Shown here: piece after piece, positions 19,201 through 27,416 of the stretch
Position numbering within the stretch: the first letter of the stretch is position 1
How the letters are laid out: each line of letters opens with the position of its first letter
Assembly (NCBI GenBank): GCA_045809795.1
Contig: JBJMXD010000005.1
Coordinates: 225,177-289,176 of the forward strand
Length of the DNA: 64,000 nucleotides
Source: Chthoniobacterales bacterium
GTDB lineage: Bacteria; Verrucomicrobiota; Verrucomicrobiia; Chthoniobacterales; UBA10450
Direction: 5' to 3'
Made by a program: the position numbers and the translations under genes
The notes under the pieces: model-generated
Databases searched by the model: none
Told to the model about the DNA's origin: nothing
What the model saw: the letters and a program-made list of their open reading frames with translations, nothing else

Positions 19201-19539
19201 CGATCCGCGTTGCGCGACGTCGCCGGGATGATGCGCTCCTTCCAGTACGCGGCTTACTCGGCGCTCTGGCAGCCGGCGATGCGCGCGGAAGACATGCCGT
19301 TCCTCGAACGCTGGGCCGATCTTTGGTATCGCCAAATGAGCAGCGTCTTTCTCCACAGCTATCTCGCCGCCACCGACGGCGCCGATTTCATTCCACCCGA
19401 TGAAAACGACTTCCAAATTCTGCTCGAGGCCTATCTCCTCGACAAAGCGGTTTACGAAGTTGGCTACGAACTAAACAACCGCCCGGCCTGGGTTGTCATT
19501 CCGATTCGCGGCATCAAACACATTCTCGGCGCGACGTAA
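16255..19539 (+). CDS. treS: Trehalose synthase (maltose alpha-D-glucosyltransferase) fused to maltokinase (TreS-Pep2)
   Basis: N-terminal GH13 motifs ([52 protein letters not shown]). The C-terminal ~500 aa are kinase-like ([11 protein letters not shown]). ATG at 16255 is preferred over the TTG at 16234. Confidence 0.9.
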   Translation: [1094 protein letters not shown]

Positions 19540-19551
19540 TTCAGTTTCTTC

Positions 19552-19578
19552 TGTAGCCGTCGCCCTGTGGGCGACGCC
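19552..19578. repeat. REP-like singlet (family R3: TGTAGCCGTCGCCCTGTGGGCGACG)
   Basis: GTAG motif followed by a CGTCGCCC/GGGCGACG hairpin, downstream of treS. Confidence 0.65.
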
Positions 19579-19652
19579 GGAATACGCGAGATCAAAAAAG
19601 ATTCGCGCTTCCCTGCGCTCACGGTTACAACCAACCCATCCGGAGAACCCAA

Positions 19653-20324
19653 ATGAACCAACATCTCGACACCATCGATCGCCAAATCGCCGCCAAACAT
19701 TTGCTCACGCATCCCTTCTATCTCGCCTGGACCCGCGGCGAATTGAGCCGGGCCGCGCTCGCCGATTACGCGCGCCAATATTATCACCACGTCGCGGCGT
19801 TCCCGACTTATCTCTCGGCCGTGCACGCGAAGTGCGACGATCAACCGACTCGCCGCCAGCTCCTCGCTAATCTTATCGACGAAGAAGCCGGCTCACCGAA
19901 CCATCCAGAGCTCTGGCTCCGGTTCGCCGAATGCCTCGGCGTCTCCAAAGAGGACGCGCAATCGACTGCGAAGTGGAACGAGACAAAGAACCTGATTGAA
20001 ACGTTTCGTTCCGTCTGCGCGAGCGGCAACACGGCCGAAGGCCTGGCCGCGCTTTACGCTTACGAAAGCCAGATTCCTGCTGTCTCCGAATCGAAGATCA
20101 AAGGTCTGATCGAGAACTACGGCGTCTCCGCGCCGCGCGACTACGAATATTTCTCGGTCCACGTCGAGGCCGACCGCGAACATTCCGCCGCCGAACGCCA
20201 GATGCTTTCTGAATATGTGAGGGACGAAAACGCCGTGCCGGTTTCGACTGCCGTCACTCGCATCCTCGACGCGCTTTGGGAAATGCTCTCCGGCGTTTGC
20301 CGCCGCCACGCCATCGCCTGCTGA
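19653..20324 (+). CDS. CADD / PqqC / TenA-like haem-oxygenase-fold di-iron protein
   Basis: 223 aa; HPFYLAWTRGELSRAALADYARQYYHHVAAFPTYL...IDEEAGSPNHPELWLRFAECLG. This resembles Chlamydia CADD-type proteins. Confidence 0.75.
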   Translation: MNQHLDTIDRQIAAKHLLTHPFYLAWTRGELSRAALADYARQYYHHVAAFPTYLSAVHAKCDDQPTRRQLLANLIDEEAGSPNHPELWLRFAECLGVSKEDAQSTAKWNETKNLIETFRSVCASGNTAEGLAALYAYESQIPAVSESKIKGLIENYGVSAPRDYEYFSVHVEADREHSAAERQMLSEYVRDENAVPVSTAVTRILDALWEMLSGVCRRHAIAC

Positions 20325-20342
20325 CCACGTCCTTCCTGACGC

Positions 20343-20368
20343 TGTAGCGACGGCGCTCTGTCGCCGTA
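20343..20368. repeat. REP-like singlet (family R2: TGTAGCGACGGCGCTCTGTCGCCGT)
   Basis: Same unit as both halves of the doublet at 59861-59923. Confidence 0.65.
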
Positions 20369-20397
20369 TGGTCGCCGGGCTCGATTTCGCTTTCTAG

Positions 20398-21909
20398 CTA
20401 CTTCGAGTTCTCGAGGCTGCTGAAAAACGCGGCGAAAACTTCGATGCCGTCCCAGAGATTTTGGAGACGGATGTTTTCGTTCGCGGCGTGTTGATTATCG
20501 TCGTGATTCGCGATCGGGAAGGCGATAACGGGAACATTGTTGCCTTGCTGGAAGAGATCCATCGGCAGACTGCCGCCCGCGGTCGGCAAACGAACTGGCT
20601 CGTGGCCGGCGGCGGTCATGATGGTCGCCAGTTCTCGCGAGACGGGAAGATCGAGTGGGGTCCGCGACGCCGGGTATCCGGCGGACCATTCAACTTTTAT
20701 CAATTTCGCGTTCGCGAGCCGCTGGGCGGAGTCCGGTGTGTCGCGCACGATCGTGTAGCCTTCGGCGGTCAGGTGTTTTTCCACGAGCGGCTTGATGGAC
20801 TCGGGGGTTTCGTCGGGAACGAGGCGGAAATCGATCGAAGCGCGGGCTTCGGTCGGAATTGTATTGGACGCCTGCGCGCCGACGTGGCCGGCTTCGATGC
20901 CCCGCAAATTCAGTCCCGGGAGTAATAGAAGTTCGTTCAGAGGTTTTTTGTTTCCTTCCGTGTCCGCGATTTGGAATTCCCGGCGAAGATCGGCTTCCAC
21001 GTCCGGAATTTTTGCCAGTGCGTCTTTTTCCGCAGCCGTGGGCGGGCGGACGTTGTCGTAAAACCCTTTAATGAGGATGTGGCTGTCCTCGTCGCGCATC
21101 GAATCGATCAGGTGAGTGAGACAGACAATCGGATTGGGCACCCAGTTTCCGTAGTGCCCGTCGTGCAGTCCTTTGATCGGACCGTAAACCGTCAGGTCGA
21201 GACCGATCGTGCCGCGCGCGCCGAAGACGAGCTCCATTCGCCGGCTCTGGTGCACCGGTCCGTCGCAAAAGACCCACGCATCGGGATGGGAAATATTGGA
21301 AAGCTTTTTCAGATACTCGGCGAGATGCGGTGAGCCGGCTTCTTCTTCGCCTTCGAAAAAGAAGCGAAGATTAACCGCGGGCCGGACCGCTTGATCGCGT
21401 AACGCGTCGAGTGCAGCGAGCATCGCGATGATCGGCACTTTGTCGTCGCCGGACGAGCGCGCGAACAAGCGCCACTCCGGATCGATCGATTCCGCATTCT
21501 GCCAATCGACGTCCTGGCCATCGCGATCACGCATGACCGGCTTCCACGGTTCGCTTTTCCATTGACCCGGATCGACCGGTTGCCCGTCGTAGTGCGCGTA
21601 GAATGCGATCGTCCGTTTCGCATTCGGAGTAACGAGATCCGCCACCACGACTGGCGGCGCGCCTTCCACGGTCACGAGATTTGCGGTGAGCCCGCGTTTC
21701 TCACACAGCGCTTTGATGGCTTCGGCGTTGCGCTGAATGTTCGTCTTGTCGCTCGCGAGATTCGGAATCGATAGCAAGTCGGCAAACTCTGCCAGGATCT
21801 GCTTGTCGTGAGCGATTCGCCAGGCGCGCGCTTGATTAGCGACCGCGGCCGGATCGGCGTGCACGGATCCAACAAGCATTGGGAGGATTAGAGCGAGAGC
21901 CGTTTTCAT
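20398..21909 (-). CDS. Secreted M20-family dipeptidase/peptidase
   Basis: ATG at 21909 gives the signal peptide MKTALALILPMLVGSVHA. Has FYAHYDGQPV, SSGDDKVPI and FFFEGEEEAGSP motifs. The upstream 77 codons of the track ORF were rejected. Confidence 0.8.
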   Translation of the reverse strand: MKTALALILPMLVGSVHADPAAVANQARAWRIAHDKQILAEFADLLSIPNLASDKTNIQRNAEAIKALCEKRGLTANLVTVEGAPPVVVADLVTPNAKRTIAFYAHYDGQPVDPGQWKSEPWKPVMRDRDGQDVDWQNAESIDPEWRLFARSSGDDKVPIIAMLAALDALRDQAVRPAVNLRFFFEGEEEAGSPHLAEYLKKLSNISHPDAWVFCDGPVHQSRRMELVFGARGTIGLDLTVYGPIKGLHDGHYGNWVPNPIVCLTHLIDSMRDEDSHILIKGFYDNVRPPTAAEKDALAKIPDVEADLRREFQIADTEGNKKPLNELLLLPGLNLRGIEAGHVGAQASNTIPTEARASIDFRLVPDETPESIKPLVEKHLTAEGYTIVRDTPDSAQRLANAKLIKVEWSAGYPASRTPLDLPVSRELATIMTAAGHEPVRLPTAGGSLPMDLFQQGNNVPVIAFPIANHDDNQHAANENIRLQNLWDGIEVFAAFFSSLENSK

Positions 21910-22003
21910 TTGGAAATTTTCGCCGGGACCAGAATAGCCAGCTTGCGCGGTTGTGTCCCGCTTTTTGACTGGCGCACTACGCGAGGCAGGCACAGGTTTA
22001 GGA

Positions 22004-22558
22004 ATGAAATATTTCAGTCGCAGTTTCCTGGTGCTTTCCCTTTCGGTCTTCGTTGCGGCGGTCGCGTTCGCCCAAGACAAGCCGCGCGTCAGTCCGCACG
22101 AAACCATCACGGCCGATATTGATGGAAGCGCGGTGACCATCGTTTACGGACGTCCCTACACCAAGGATCCGAAAACCGGTGCGCCCCGCAAAATTTGGGG
22201 CGAGCTAGTTCCGTTCGGGAAAGTTTGGCGGACCGGCGCGGACGAAGCCACGCTGCTGACTACCAAAGAGCCGCTCGATATCGGAGGCACGACTGTCCCC
22301 GCGGGAACTTATTCGTTGTTTACGCTTCCGGAACAAAGCGGCGGCGCGAAGCTCATCGTGAACAAGCAGACCGGTCAATGGGGAACGAAGTACGACGAGA
22401 AACAGGACCTGGCCCGGATCGAAATGAAAAAAGAAGCAGCGAGCAAACCCGTCGATCAATTCACGATGGCGCTTGAAAAAAATCCAGCGGGCGGTGGAAC
22501 GTTGAAACTGACCTGGGAAAACACGCAATATTCCGTCGCGCTAAAAGCGAAGAAGTAA
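22004..22558 (+). CDS. DUF2911-like secreted protein
   Basis: ATG at 22004 (MKYFSRSFLVLSLSVFVAAVAFA); IWGELVPFGKVWRTGADEATLLT...VPAGTYSLFTLP. Confidence 0.75.
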   Translation: MKYFSRSFLVLSLSVFVAAVAFAQDKPRVSPHETITADIDGSAVTIVYGRPYTKDPKTGAPRKIWGELVPFGKVWRTGADEATLLTTKEPLDIGGTTVPAGTYSLFTLPEQSGGAKLIVNKQTGQWGTKYDEKQDLARIEMKKEAASKPVDQFTMALEKNPAGGGTLKLTWENTQYSVALKAKK

Positions 22559-23677
22559 TCACGCGACAGAAAAATGGTGCCGCAAAACACCGGCACCGAA
22601 ATCTTCGAACCAGGTGACGTGTTCGGCGACCATGTCGAACTCGATGATGTAGCTGCCGGGATCGTTCGGCGCGCGAAAACCGAAATCAATCTCGGCGGTC
22701 TCTCCCGGTTCGAGATCTCGCGGAAGAATCGCGCGGCCGCCGTCCCACTCGATTTCTTCTTCATCCGCGCCCAGCAGGTGAGCACCGAGGCGGACAATAC
22801 CTTTCGTCTCCGACGCGCCGACTGCGGGCCACCGCGCGACGCCTGAGTTCGTCGTTCGCACCGTGAAGGTGACCTGTTCGCCCGGTTGAAAGACCGCTCG
22901 AGGCGCGGCGACAAAGGCGAGGCTCGCGACGTAATCGTGAACCGTCCGGCGAACGCCGGCTGAGCTCTTGCGACAAACCAGAACAGCGCGATCGCGGACG
23001 ATGCTCGCAACGGTTACGTCTTCGAAGCCCGTGTTCTCCAGGAGCGACCGCAAGGCGTCGGGACTCGGCAGGAACCAATTGTAAACCTGCTCTTTCGCTT
23101 CCGGTGGATTCTCCGCGTAAAAAATTGGGTGAAGCGTCTGGCGAATTTCGCCGAGCGATTGCACAAACGACGACGGCGTTTGTTCGGGTGGAAGAATCGC
23201 GGTCTCGACGATAAGCAGTTCGCGGGTGACGTCGTAAAGGCGTTCCAGCGCCAGGACGAGATGCTTGAGGTGATAAACGAGGCCAAGCGCGAGCGTGATA
23301 TCGAACCGACCAACCGTAGCCGGATCCAGGTCGTAAACGGAAAACCGCCGAAACTCGAGATCGAGTCCCAACACTTTCCGGACGAAGAGCGCCTGGCGAA
23401 CATGCTGCCGCTGGCCGTCGACGCCGAGGACGCGTTGGGCGCCGCGGCGTTTCGCTTCGACGCAATAGAAGCCGCCGTTGCAACCGACATCGAGGAGGCT
23501 CTTGCCGTTCAGGTCGGGCGGTAGACATCGCTGAATTACTTCCCAGCTTTCGCGCGGATGATCGACTGGCTCCCCCATCACGCTTTCGGTCTTGGTGAAG
23601 ATTCCGTCGCCGAGATCGATTCGGTGGAACCAGGGCTCGAGCAGCTTGAGGCCGCTCAAAATTTCAGAGCGCGTCAT
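22559..23677 (-). CDS. Class I SAM-dependent methyltransferase (CmoB/DUF1698-like) with a C-terminal Ig-like domain
   Basis: 372 aa. SAM motif LLDVGCNGGFY. Its start overlaps the stop of the upstream membrane gene by 4 nt (ATGA). Confidence 0.8.
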   Translation of the reverse strand: MTRSEILSGLKLLEPWFHRIDLGDGIFTKTESVMGEPVDHPRESWEVIQRCLPPDLNGKSLLDVGCNGGFYCVEAKRRGAQRVLGVDGQRQHVRQALFVRKVLGLDLEFRRFSVYDLDPATVGRFDITLALGLVYHLKHLVLALERLYDVTRELLIVETAILPPEQTPSSFVQSLGEIRQTLHPIFYAENPPEAKEQVYNWFLPSPDALRSLLENTGFEDVTVASIVRDRAVLVCRKSSAGVRRTVHDYVASLAFVAAPRAVFQPGEQVTFTVRTTNSGVARWPAVGASETKGIVRLGAHLLGADEEEIEWDGGRAILPRDLEPGETAEIDFGFRAPNDPGSYIIEFDMVAEHVTWFEDFGAGVLRHHFSVA

Positions 23678-25482
23678 AAAGTTTTGCGCATGACTGCTGC
23701 GGCCTGTTCTGCGCCGGTCACTTCGATCATGACCAGGTCCAGGCGGTAATCAGGCGAGTAAAACGGAAGATCGATGGGTGTCTGCGCGCCGGCGATGAGA
23801 CCGCGCTTCTGGATCGTGCCCAAAGCGTCGGGAAGATCTTCGGCAAAGCACAGGGTGAACATCCGTTTGCCGGCAGCACGCTCGATCGCCGTAACGAAGC
23901 GGCGGCGCGATTCCGGACTCGCGAAACTTTCGTAACTGCGCAGGCCGATCACCGGCGCCTTTCGGTTGAGCATGATTTCCAAACTCGCTGTCTTGATGCT
24001 GCTCTCGATCCAGACTTCGACTTCGTTGAAGCGGACTCGATTCGCTTTCGAACTGAAGCTCGCAAGGGAGCGACGATCACGGAACAAATATTGCGCTTCC
24101 CGTTTCCAGGCGTCCGGGTATTTAAAAAACGTCGGACGCCCACTCCATTCTGTTTTGGCGGTGTATCGGCAGGCGAGAACCGCTTGCCCACCTAACGAGC
24201 AGAGGACGAGAATCGCAATTACGACAAGCCGGCGATCTTTCATCGTTTGAACCGCCAGCATTATCAGGACTACGCCGGCCAGCAATTCCAGGAAGAGCGC
24301 GTAGCGAATGTAGCCCGTGCCCAGACTCCACAGGAACAATCCGGCCAGCGTCACGAAACTCAGCCGGCGAAGTCGCGCGTCTCGCCACGCCGCAAGCCAT
24401 GCAACCAAAGCGCCAACAAAGCCGAGCGACAACCGGCCCGAATAAACCAGCAGCTCCGACAAGCGGTCGGGGCGAAAAAATATTTTCACCGGCCAAATGA
24501 GGACTTCCCAAAATCCGAATGGACCCCAGCGATTGTCCCAGCCGCTGTTCGGAGGCCAATAGGGCGATTTGAAAACGCCATTTAAAATCGGGAACACCGG
24601 GCTGCCCATTTCCACGTAGAGATAAATTGTGAAAGGGAGGACGGGGAGCAGAAAGGCGCCGAGAGAAAGCAGAATCGTGCGACCCAGTCCTTTTGCCTGA
24701 AACGGCTGGCGAAAAAATCGCCACGCGCAGAGCAGCGCGATCGGCAACGCCATCACCAGGTAAATGAGTTTGAAAGCTACGCTCAGTCCGAGAAGAAACG
24801 CGATCCGCGCCATCCGTCCGCTGCGGTTTTCGGACAGCTCATCGGTTAGGCTGAGCCGTGTTGCTTCCAAGAGCAGCGGCACCGCCAGCAGATCGATCAT
24901 GTAAGTATTGATCTCGAAAAAAATGTGTTCGACCGCGAAGACCAGCAGGACAGAGCCGACGCGCATCCAGTCGTTCGAGAGATGATCCCGGAGTAATCGG
25001 TCGATAATCCGCGCGGCCCACAGAAGGCTGAAAAGGTTGATCAAGGTTCCCAATCGATATCCAAACGCGATGCGGGTGATGCCCATCGCCATGTCTGGCG
25101 CGGTGTTGTAAGGCGCGGGCGTGGGGAAAAAATCTCCCGGCCGGTAGAGGAATCCGCGAAGGCCGCGAATGCCGTGAAAGAGCCGATAATTCAAGACATC
25201 GAACGAGACGTCCGGGAACGTGACGCGCAGCAGAAAACAAAATGTCAGCGGTAGAACAACGACGATCCCGAAGGCGAGTGACATACGGGGCCGCGGTTCA
25301 TTCCTGGTTACGATGTAAAGCCATAAAGCGACCGCCGCGAAAATCGTGGCGAGGACCCATGCGATGACGTTCTGGAACGGGATCCAACACAAATACTGCC
25401 GAAAAATTGTGGCCAGATAGAGAAACAGGAGAGCGTCGCCGGCTTCCAGGCGATCGAGGAGTGCCCGGCGCGAATGCTCCAT
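23674..25482 (-). CDS. Large polytopic membrane protein, GT-C-like glycosyltransferase candidate
   Basis: 602 aa with more than 10 hydrophobic helices followed by a soluble C-terminal domain. The ATG shares one base with the TAA of the upstream GT2 gene (TAATG). The functional call rests on context. Confidence 0.6.
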   Translation of the reverse strand: MEHSRRALLDRLEAGDALLFLYLATIFRQYLCWIPFQNVIAWVLATIFAAVALWLYIVTRNEPRPRMSLAFGIVVVLPLTFCFLLRVTFPDVSFDVLNYRLFHGIRGLRGFLYRPGDFFPTPAPYNTAPDMAMGITRIAFGYRLGTLINLFSLLWAARIIDRLLRDHLSNDWMRVGSVLLVFAVEHIFFEINTYMIDLLAVPLLLEATRLSLTDELSENRSGRMARIAFLLGLSVAFKLIYLVMALPIALLCAWRFFRQPFQAKGLGRTILLSLGAFLLPVLPFTIYLYVEMGSPVFPILNGVFKSPYWPPNSGWDNRWGPFGFWEVLIWPVKIFFRPDRLSELLVYSGRLSLGFVGALVAWLAAWRDARLRRLSFVTLAGLFLWSLGTGYIRYALFLELLAGVVLIMLAVQTMKDRRLVVIAILVLCSLGGQAVLACRYTAKTEWSGRPTFFKYPDAWKREAQYLFRDRRSLASFSSKANRVRFNEVEVWIESSIKTASLEIMLNRKAPVIGLRSYESFASPESRRRFVTAIERAAGKRMFTLCFAEDLPDALGTIQKRGLIAGAQTPIDLPFYSPDYRLDLVMIEVTGAEQAAAVMRKTL

Positions 25483-26468
25483 TAAAGGCTGTCCTCACTC
25501 GTTCGTTCGCGCCGCATTTGATCGCTGAGCATTTGCACCTGGTAGTCGAATTCCTGGGCGCGGCGCGCGATCGAATGGAGCAGGAGACCGATCGCGACCG
25601 ACATCATGCCGCCCAATCCCAGCACAGCGGCGAGGATCGCGGATGGGAACTGGCGGACCGAGCCAATCCCAAATGCCGACACGAGCGCGGCCAGAATCAG
25701 GACCAGGCCTAACGACCCAAAAAAAGTAAGCGGTTTGTAATCGCGGAACAGCGTGAGGATCGTGCTGAGGATCACCATGCCATCGCGAAAGAGGCGAACT
25801 TTCGAATGACTTTGCCCGGGTCTCGCGACCAGATTAACGGGGATCTCCTTGATTCGATAACCTTTCATCACGGCTTTGATGGTGAGCTCAGTTTCAATCT
25901 CGAAGCCGCCGCCGAAAAGCGCGAGGTTCTTGACGAATCGCCGGTTGAAGGCGCGGTAACCGGAGAGGACGTCCGTGAGGCGCACGCCAAAGACGAGCTT
26001 GAGGAGAAGCAAAACAAGGCCGTTCGCCAAGCGGTTCACCTGCTTGAATTCGCTGCGGGATTGCGGATGGAGTCGCGAACCGACCACCATGTCCGCATCT
26101 CCGGCGGCGATCGGCGCGATGAGCGCGTGCACAGCCGGGGCGGGATAAGTCGCATCGCCGTCGACCATCACGTAAACGTCGGCGTCGATATGCCGAAACA
26201 TCGATTGCACGACAAACCCCTTTCCGCGGCGCGCTTCCGCAAGCACACGCGCGCCGGCTGCCTGGGCGCGTCCGACCGTCTGGTCGGTGGAATTGTTGTC
26301 GAACACGCAGATGCGCGCGCCCGGCAGCTCGTTGCGAAATTGGTGGACGACGTCCGCGATGGTGACCTCCTCGTTAAAACACGGAATCACCACGGCGACT
26401 CGTGGAGGGCCGGGTTTACCAGGTTCGTCGGAAATCGGCATACGAGGCGGAATGATAGCCGCCGCCAT
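25482..26468 (-). CDS. Family-2 glycosyltransferase (polyprenyl-phosphate sugar synthase, GtrB/ArnC/DPM1-like) with C-terminal TM helices
   Basis: VAVVIPCFNEE...FDNNSTD...DGD motifs and two C-terminal TM helices. ATG at 26468. Confidence 0.85.
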   Translation of the reverse strand: MAAAIIPPRMPISDEPGKPGPPRVAVVIPCFNEEVTIADVVHQFRNELPGARICVFDNNSTDQTVGRAQAAGARVLAEARRGKGFVVQSMFRHIDADVYVMVDGDATYPAPAVHALIAPIAAGDADMVVGSRLHPQSRSEFKQVNRLANGLVLLLLKLVFGVRLTDVLSGYRAFNRRFVKNLALFGGGFEIETELTIKAVMKGYRIKEIPVNLVARPGQSHSKVRLFRDGMVILSTILTLFRDYKPLTFFGSLGLVLILAALVSAFGIGSVRQFPSAILAAVLGLGGMMSVAIGLLLHSIARRAQEFDYQVQMLSDQMRRERTSEDSL

Positions 26469-26533
26469 CAAAACCGGAAGCGCGCATCGCGGCGGTTTTG
26501 CCGGTGGCGAAAGGCGGGTATGGTGACGCCGTT

Positions 26534-27310
26534 ATGGCAGAGCAAGTTCTGGCAGGAAAAGTTGGCTTGGTGTTTGGCGTAGCGAACAAGCGCAGTATTG
26601 CGTGGGCGATCGCAAAGGCGTGGGCGGCCGCGGGCGCGAAATTAATTTTCAATTACCAGGGAGAACGGCTGAAGGACAACGTCGAGGAACTTGTCGGCGA
26701 GTTCGGGGAGGGGACGCCGCTTTGGCCGTGTGACGTCTCGAAGGACGAAGACATCGCGGAATTTTTCAGCAAAGTCCGCGGCGAAACGGATCGGGTCGAT
26801 CTGGTGCTCCACTCAGTGGCGTTCGCACCGAAAGAAGCGCTCGAAGGCGATTTCGTGAGCACGACGCGGGAAGCGTTTCGGACCGCGCACGATATCAGCG
26901 CGTATTCGCTCGTGGCGCTGGCGCGGGAAGCGGCGCCCCTGATGACCGACGGCGGCAGCATCGTGGCGATGACGTATTACGGAGCGGAGAAAGTAGTGCC
27001 GCACTACAACGTGATGGGCGTCGCGAAAGCGAGCCTCGAAGCGTCGACTCGTTATCTCGCCTACGATCTGGGGCCAAAAAAAATCCGGGTGAATTGCATT
27101 TCGGCTGGGCCGGTGAACACGCTGGCGGCACGCGGGATCAGCGGGTTCAGCGCGATGCTGAAACATTATCAGGAGCACGCGCCCTTGAAACGGAGCTGCG
27201 AACCGGCGGAATTAGGAGCGATGGGCGTTTTTCTGGCGAGCGATGGAGCTGGTTCGATTACGGGGCAGGTGATTTACGTCGATGGTGGGTATCAGGTGAT
27301 GGGAATGTAG
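26534..27310 (+). CDS. fabI: Enoyl-[acyl-carrier-protein] reductase (NADH) FabI
   Basis: ATG at 26534 (MAEQVLAGKVGLVFGVANKRSIAWAIA). Has Y-x6-K (YNVMGVAKASLE). Confidence 0.9.
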   Translation: MAEQVLAGKVGLVFGVANKRSIAWAIAKAWAAAGAKLIFNYQGERLKDNVEELVGEFGEGTPLWPCDVSKDEDIAEFFSKVRGETDRVDLVLHSVAFAPKEALEGDFVSTTREAFRTAHDISAYSLVALAREAAPLMTDGGSIVAMTYYGAEKVVPHYNVMGVAKASLEASTRYLAYDLGPKKIRVNCISAGPVNTLAARGISGFSAMLKHYQEHAPLKRSCEPAELGAMGVFLASDGAGSITGQVIYVDGGYQVMGM

Positions 27311-27311
27311 T

Positions 27312-27414
27312 CCCCATTCCTGCTCTTGATCATGATCATGATCGTGCTCCTGATCTTCCGAGAAAGCGTCGGCCGAGGATTATGATCATGATCAGGATCA
27401 TGAGCATGAAGGGG
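27312..27414. repeat. GATC-hexamer palindromic element, copy 3
   Basis: CCCCATTCCTGCTCTTGATCATGATCATGATCGTGCTCCTGATCTTC ... GAGGATTATGATCATGATCAGGATCATGAGCATGAAGGGG. Contains 7 GATC sites. Confidence 0.85.
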
Positions 27415-27416
27415 TC

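Noticed and set aside
16558-19416. Long antisense ORFs: 16558-18243 and 18382-19416 opposite treS-pep2, 3892-5187 and 5203-6412 opposite the giant protein, 29824-31041 opposite the exosortase, 58463-59815 opposite corA, the upstream part of 47822-49060 opposite the PAS kinase, and 63159-63890 opposite the DUF4062-like gene.
   Set aside because: Their composition is Arg/Gly/Pro-rich and typical of antisense frames in GC-rich DNA. The opposite strand carries clear family motifs in each case.
19540-19652. Possible riboswitch or leader upstream of the CADD-like gene. Similar checks were made upstream of nadE, moeB and corA.
   Set aside because: I could not recognise any conserved riboswitch core (THF, Moco, NAD+, M-box) by eye. 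The regions are largely occupied by REP or GATC repeat elements. This needs an Rfam scan to settle.
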